A stretch of 27,121 nt of DNA. Source: Octopus sinensis. Lineage: Eukaryota. A model generated the notes under the pieces. The model worked only from the letters and a program-made list of their open reading frames with translations, did not search any database and was not told the origin of the DNA. The stretch spans positions 1 through 27,121 of the forward strand of contig NW_021834076.1 of NCBI RefSeq assembly GCF_006345805.1, read 5' to 3'. A program made the position numbers and the translations under genes. Shown here one piece after another: positions 20,435-27,121 of the stretch (positions are counted from its first letter, which is position 1; each line of letters begins with the position of its first letter).

Positions 20435-21298
20435 TAGGAAACATAGGGGTTCAAAGAATCAAACACATCTCATATTAAGCTCTCCGACATATCTATAGGG
20501 AGAGAGAGAAAGAAAGAGTGAGAAGTGAGAGAATATAAACATTTTTACAATACAGAACAAGAACACTCAATCTAAATTAGCTTCTTAGAGCGTAAGGTTG
20601 AATACGAATATCTTAAATTAGATGGATGCCAAAACTGTGATTCCTGATCTATTTTCCTCGGTTCCCATAAGCCTGTTGTACCATTAATATGCAATATATT
20701 CCCCTGTCGTTCACGAATTAGCATTGAGGAGAGTACATGAAGTTATCCAGCTCAGAGTAGGACTGAAAACGTCTGCAATATATCATATGAAATGCTTCAA
20801 ACTCAAAATATGGAGGAGTGAATTCAAAATTGTCGCTTTAATTATAGACAGGACATTCATACATAGCATATAAGTTTTTTTGTCTGTGTATGTCTAAGTT
20901 TACGTGCATCGTAGTCTTCTGTGTTAGGCTTTATCGCAGATTCTGAATTCAGATTATATAAGAAACTTATTAAAACTGCTAGAATGTTTAACAAGTCACC
21001 TGAGAATGCGTAATTTGTACCCCTGATGCAAGACAATTGATTGAACAGCATCTCACCTGTGAGATACAGATGCAGAATTCGAAACAATTATAGTTCATTC
21101 GAATAAAGAATCTCGTGAATTCCATTTCTGTCTCTCAGCTATTTATATAAACTACACGGAAACCAAGGAATTCTTGAAGTAAATCTAGCAACATATGCTG
21201 CACTGATGATGTTTACATCAGGAAGCCAATACTTGTGAACGCACTTTATATAACGTTCTATAATTATAATTTTAATTATATTACGTATGTGTGTGTAT

Positions 21299-21302
21299 GA
21301 GA

Positions 21303-21345
<43 letters not shown>
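21299..21345. repeat. (GA)n microsatellite
   Basis: Direct reading of the sequence. Confidence 0.9.
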
Positions 21346-21349
<4 letters not shown>

Positions 21350-22256
21350 ATACCATATAACAGAGAGTGTTAGGAATGTACTTTTCGAACCTATGACAAT
21401 ATGAAATATCGTTACTTAGATACAATAATTGTAGTTCATTTTCAAATTTCATGGTTCATAGAAAATAATGAAATGGAGACTACTGTGCTTATTGAATCTC
21501 AGTATAATTTAATAAAACTAACTTTTCGTTTGCATATTTGCAATAAAGATGTCATCATCAAGAGATTAATATTATTTATGTTAACATGACAGAGTTAGCT
21601 TGACCAAAACAAGTACATCGTTATGTAAAAGTTAATGGCCTCTATACTCCGGTACTGGAACTGAAATATACGATTCCTACTTTTGAAACTTATTACAAGT
21701 AATAATTTTATCGTTTGGCAAATTACAGTAACATAAATTTTCTGTTTAGATTTGTCATACATTGTCAAATTTGATACGAATGCTAAAAACAATAATCGTT
21801 ACCTAGAAATTAATTAGGTATATAACATATTAATTAATTAATTCAGTATTCGTTGGTGATATATAAATAAATCGAAATAAATTTGAATAAAATAAGATGT
21901 ACTATATTAGCAATGACTACGTCATGCGGAGTGTGTCTGTCTTCAGATGTAAAGTCTTGAACTGAAATCTAACGACCGCGTACAAATTTGCATCGAACTA
22001 TTAGTAATTTGAGGAAGATACGGAAAATTTATCATAGTAGGAGATGAAAGTAGAAGAAGTGAATTTCTTCATTTAACTATGTAGTACATTTAATTTTGTA
22101 GTATATAGTAGGAGAAGGAGGAATTATTGAATAACAATAGTGGACAATGATAAAAAAATAAAGGGCTGTAATGACAACAGTTTACTGTGAGGGAAGCGGT
22201 TAGCAATTTATATAAGGTAGAATGCCGAAAACAAGCAAACTACAATTATGTGTATT

Positions 22257-22276
22257 TATATATATATATATATATA

Positions 22277-22320
<44 letters not shown>

Positions 22321-22460
22321 TATATATATATGTATATATATGTAAGTATATGTATATATGTATATATATGTATATATATATATGTATATATATATATGTA
22401 TATATATGTATGTATATGTATATATATATATATATATAATATATATATATATTTATATAC
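22257..22460. repeat. (TA)n/(TATATG)n microsatellite
   Basis: Direct reading of the sequence. Confidence 0.95.
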
Positions 22461-22461
22461 A

Positions 22462-22852
22462 CGAGGGGTGTATGAAAAGTCTTGAGTCTCAAGAAAAGCA
22501 AAACATGGAACAAGACTTCTGATGATTTATTTTTCAACATAGTCTCCCTCGATGGCTGAACACTTTCTCCAGCGGTGCTGAAGCGCCATTATCCCGGCGT
22601 AGAGGAACTATTTTGTTTGAGACTCCAAGAAACTTCCTACAGCGTCTACGACGTCATCGTCACTGGCAAAATGGCGACCAGCCAGGGCTTTTTCATTTTT
22701 GGGAATAGATGAAAGTCAGAGGGGGCTAAGTCTGGCGAATAAGGCAGATGGGGGAACAAGTTCGTAGTCACAATCACGAATTATTGCCATGGCAACCACT
22801 GAGGTGTGGGCTGGAGCATTGTCGTGATGAAAAAGGACTCCTCTGGTGAGCT
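22462..22852 (-). mobile_element. mariner (DD34D) 3' fragment with one TIR
   Basis: GVLFHHDNAPAH, then after a 1-nt frameshift YSPDLAPSDFHLFPKMK, giving 34-residue spacing; terminal CGAGGGGTGTATGAAAAGT. Confidence 0.9.
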
Positions 22853-24150
22853 TGTTTAGTTCCATTTCTTTCCTAATTCTCAGTGATTCAGGTGTAACCA
22901 ACTCCGTTGATCAGCTTCTCTCCCATCTATCTACAGCTTCGTGTTTTGTATTTGATATAAATACAATTCTCTCGTGTTATCCTACGACTACAGTATTCTG
23001 TGTGATACAGTCTGAGAACGTTGACATCTTCCCGTGGCTATCCTTTTGTTTTGATTGCGTATGGCCCTTTCAAAATCCAGACTATTGCAGAAAATAGACA
23101 TTACCGGAGACAAAGAAAGCAGCCGTTTTATTTGTTTTGTAGTAAGGCCTGAGTAGATATGCATGATGCTTTTTTTGTGTTATTTTAATATGAAATGTTG
23201 ATCCTCCATATACAGACTGCTGAATATCTCTAGAGTCTTTGCTCCAGATATGCTAGAAGTATAAGGCTTGTGAGCTCTACCGTACCTTTGTTTAAGGACG
23301 AGTATATTTCTTCCAGTTCAGTGGGGAATTTGGCATTATCATGCGATAATTTATGAAAGAATTAATCCAAGCGATTAAGAGTGAGTTTCCTCTACACATA
23401 GATGTCACATTGTGTAATCCTATTTGAATGATCTCAAGATCCATCTCTTCAGACGTTTGGAAGTTTTGTCATCTTTATGAATTGTGTGGTCACTCATTAG
23501 TTTCCAACTGTCTTACTGTCTCTGAATCTGTTAGAATAATTTTACCTGATTCTGTGATTATAGCTTCCACAGTGAAGGAATAATAGTGACATGGATCTTT
23601 TCGGTTTGAACAGCAATTTTTAAAAATAATTTCCACGTAACTAAACACTTTTAAACTTCATATACTGGTAGAATGTGTTTATAAAACATCTTTTTCTCTT
23701 GGTTTTATTGATAAAATTCTATAGTTTGTAAGATATTTGTTGCTTTTATTCTTCAATTTCTGCAATTTCAACCAATCAATGACGTCTATTGAGGCAAAAA
23801 AACATTCTGTGCCGTATGAATATGTCCCTCGTTTAAGAAACAAATTGGGTTAGTTTACATTTCTGAAGAAAAAAAGACACCCTTCTCCCCACACCTAACC
23901 CTAAAACAGATTCAAATGCAATAGATCGATACTAGGGTCATAATTATGGGTGACAATTTCACATGACACCGCTAGTAAAAACTGCCATTCAAACCGAAAA
24001 GAACCGTGACATCTTTGGAAATATCTAGCACTGATTTTTTTTCTGCAACCCTTATTGGGTTACTTCTGCAGGTTTTAGGTAACACTCTACTGGCTTTGTT
24101 ATTCCTGTTTGAAAAGCATAATTAGTGACTGTAATATTACTAATGACTAC
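22853..24150 (-). mobile_element. Possible highly decayed BEL/Pao LTR-retrotransposon pol relic, interrupted by a MITE
   Basis: Short peptides in the expected order: SRVLPK (24074-24091), ILTDSE (about 23520-23537), WILKG (23065-23079), WER..LI (about 22910-22925). Many stops and deletions. Confidence 0.35.
23593..24005 (+). mobile_element. MITE with GG...CC TIRs and a 7-bp TSD
   Basis: GGATCTTTTCGGTTTGAACAGCA / TGCCATTCAAACCGAAAAGAACC; TSD GTGACAT on both sides; the left part matches the arms of 3516-4322. Confidence 0.9.
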
Positions 24151-24172
24151 TTGTAAAGATATATCTACTATA

Positions 24173-24587
24173 GGCGCAGGAGTGGCTGTGTGGTAAGTAG
24201 CTTGTTTACCAACCACATGGCTCTGGGTTCAGTCCCACTGCGTGGCACCTTGGGCATGTGTCTTATACTATAGCCTCGGGTCGACCAAAGCCTTGTGTGT
24301 GGATTTGGTGGACGGAAACTGAAAGAAGCCCGTCGTATATATGTATATATATATGCGTGTGTGTGTTTGTATGTCTGTGTTTGTCTCCCTAGCATTGCTT
24401 GACAACCGATGCTGGTGTGTTTACGTCCCCGACACTTAGCGGTTCGGCAAAACAGACCGATAGAATAAGTACTAGGCTTACAAAAGAATAAGACCCGGGG
24501 TCGAGTTGCTCGATTAAAGTCGGTGCTCCAGCATGGCCGCAGTCAAATGACTGAAACAAGTAAATGAGTAAAAGAGAAAGAGAGTAC
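24173..24587 (+). mobile_element. Full-length SINE family B
   Basis: A-box TGGCTGTGTGG, B-box GGTTCAGTCCC; matches 19935-20345. Confidence 0.92.
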
Positions 24588-25381
24588 AAATATTGATGGT
24601 CGCAGTGGTGTTTGCTGCATCATCATTATTTCATACAACTACTTGTCTGCTTTTCACATTACGCCGAGAATACGTAAACTATGGATTGTTATCAAGTTTG
24701 CCCAAAACGCATTCAGTACTTTGTACGTATACGAATTTTATTTTTGTGTAGCAGTTTTTTTTAATGTATTCAGTTATAAATAAAGTGGTAGTAATTGTAA
24801 TTTTGCATGAGGCACTTTCTGCCTGAGATCATTTATCTCTGTAAAACTTTCTTCTCCAAAAACAGAATTAGATTCTCTTTAAAAATTCGTTTCACCATCT
24901 TGTTGATATCCGAAATCAGAGAGAGAGAGAGAGAGGGGGAGGGGGAGGAAGAGTTTTGTATTTTAAGCATCTGCCCGTTTCCCATCATTCTTTCAGGTAT
25001 TGTGCGTGTTCATCACATTCAAAGGAGCCTTAAAATGTTAACTGATGTCGCTATAGTAGTGCATTCCTGTAGGGGGAAATTGTTTGGAAACACGAGGGCT
25101 TGTTGCTGAGGTTAAACCGAATTTATCTATAACAGCTGTCGCTTCACTTTATTTAAGCCGCTAGAATCAATTTGCTGTTACTTCACCATGAAAATTTACA
25201 GAGTTACAGAAGCTTGATAGCGTTCACAAATAACATCTATATCAGTAGTGTGTGCATTAAATCAGCCTATTCAAACAATATTCAATATGTTTTAATACAC
25301 AAAAGAATATTGCATTGCTAAAGTTACTCAAATACTTGGATTTCGACTTATACTTCTAAAGCTCAACTACTAGTTACTTCT

Positions 25382-25496
25382 CCCTAACCCTAAAACAGAT
25401 TGAAATGCAATAGATCGATACTAGGGTCATAATTATGGGTGACAATTTCATATAACACCGGTAGAAAAAAACTGCCGGTCAAATCGAAAAGATTCC
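25382..25496 (+). mobile_element. Right-end fragment of the 23593-24005 MITE family
   Basis: CCTAACCCTAAAACAGATT...AACTGCC...GAAAAGA matches 23894-24005. Confidence 0.88.
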
Positions 25497-26099
25497 AGCT
25501 TTCTCTTTCAAACTTTAGATGGTTGATATGTTGAAATGCGTTTAAATGTTGTTGTCAATATGATCGGTGTATCCCTGTCCGCACAAATTATAGCGTTTGG
25601 CATACGTCAATAATCAATCTTATTTTAAAGTGTTATCAATGAAGCAGACGTGAAAGGTATATCGGCTCTATCATATTTGATCCAACTGGTGAAAATTCCT
25701 CTATGCCAGTGTGCTTCTCAATTAATTGTACGCTTTTAATGTGGGGGAAAAAACAGCAAGAAAAATTAGACAGCAAAGAGACAATATATTGGGAAACAGA
25801 TAATTAAACATAGAGAAAAGCAAACAGAGATAAACAAATAGACTGGTAGATAAATAAATAGACAGATTGATAGATGTATGAACATAAATACTAATAGAAA
25901 AACAAATATAGAGGAAAGCAAAGTGATATAAAAGGAGACAAAGTTTCATGGGAAACAGGTAGGTTGGGAGAGAGAGACGGGGGTGGGAGTGACGGAAAGA
26001 GAGAAAGGGAGAGAACGAGACGTGAAGGAGAAACCCATGATGGATGCAGTCATACTTAGAGAGAAATATTGACATAGAAATATACTGTGACAGTGGTAG

Positions 26100-26290
26100 A
26101 CACACATAGAGACACACACACGCACACACACACAAACACACGCACGTACACAGGCACGTACGTATACACACTCGCACGCAAACACACACTCTTTCAAACA
26201 CAGCACATAGACGCGTACACACACGCACGCACGCATACAAACACATACACACACGTATACAAACATACACACACACACACACACACACAC
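26100..26290. repeat. Imperfect (CA)n tract
   Basis: Direct reading of the sequence. Confidence 0.9.
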
Positions 26291-26737
26291 AGAGTTACCA
26301 GTTTATCAGTCACAGATAAAGTTATTTATTGTGATAGTAAAAGAAAAACGAAACTGGTGGAGATTGCCAGATCGTTATTCAAGAAATAATCTTTCACATA
26401 AATGAAATTTTATGCTAAACAAACTTTTATCACTGCAAGTGAAACCTCACAGAGTTTAATACAGTTATTCCGAGTGATTTATTTATGATTATTTGATTAA
26501 TCCTTTCGCCCTTTTAACCTTATGTTCGGAAACCACAATTTACGAGAAGACCGTTTCTTTCGACCAAACACAATGGTGTTTTGTTCTAATTTATTCAGTC
26601 AACAAGAAATCGTATAAGACACACATGACTTCACAAAATTTCAGGGTTTGATTTGTATAACACTTGTGTGTGTATGCCATGTCAAGTACGCCCCCGTTGC
26701 CTGATTTACTTAGACACAAAAGAACACTGTACCCACA

Positions 26738-27121
26738 GTGGAGGCGCAATGGCCCAATGGTTAGGGCAGCAGACTTGCAGTCGGAGGATCGCGGTTTCGA
26801 TTCCCAGACCGGGTGTTGTGTGTGTGTTTATTGAGCAAAATAATTTGTATTGAGCAAAAACACCTAAAGCTCCACGAGGCTCCGGCAGGAGGTGATGGCG
26901 TCCCCTGTTGTACTCTTTCACCCCAACTTTCTCTCACTCTTTCTTCCTGTTTCTTGTCCCCGACTTCCTACGCAACCGCTAAGCCTGGATGCACATTCAT
27001 CCATCCGTCGATGACCTGCTTTCTCTCCTGTTGGTCTTACGAATAGCAAAGGACCACGTTTCGGACTTTTCCCATCTTGCGAGCTCTGGGACGAAGACCG
27101 TTCGCTCAACATCAAGGGTAG
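26738..27121 (+). mobile_element. tRNA-derived SINE family D, running off the window end
   Basis: tRNA-like head with A-box TGGCCCAATGG (26750-26760) and B-box GGTTTCGATTCCC (26793-26805), no proper acceptor stem, long non-tRNA body; internal duplication of TATTGAGCAAAA. Confidence 0.8.

Noticed and set aside
20620-21090. Possible coding exons in complex sequence, including ORF 20857-21087
   Set aside because: No recognisable domain, stops in several frames, and splice signals are not convincing
26738-26815. tRNA gene
   Set aside because: A and B boxes are present but the acceptor stem does not close and it continues into a SINE body; the same applies to the other SINE heads
27046-27121. 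Minus-strand GAAACGTGGTC resembling a hammerhead 3' half
   Set aside because: No CUGANGA core or stem I partner within the window; stem III is not palindromic

Overview
AT-rich, microsatellite-dense eukaryotic non-coding DNA. The SINE families look like those I associate with octopus/cephalopod genomes (an inference, not a database result). I can support no intact host gene, and almost all listed ORFs are microsatellite artefacts. The window is a patchwork of mobile elements: a 5'-truncated Tx1/L1-clade LINE with a readable RT domain (10057-11754, -); an ORF1-only element with a CCHC zinc knuckle (about 7200-9132, +); at least four tRNA-derived SINE families; a DD37D maT and a DD34D mariner remnant; a GG...CC MITE family carrying telomere-type repeats, including an 800-bp foldback; and a probable BEL/Pao relic. 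Two things stand out. (1) Small non-coding elements ending in (TA)n carry hammerhead ribozyme motifs, as Penelope-like terminal repeats and retrozymes do. One motif is fully canonical with an unusually long stem II (19247-19337, -) and lies in a cluster of three different such elements. (2) The Tx1-type LINE, the ORF1-only element and one SINE family share a 3'-terminal stem-loop, which suggests a three-partner retrotransposition system.
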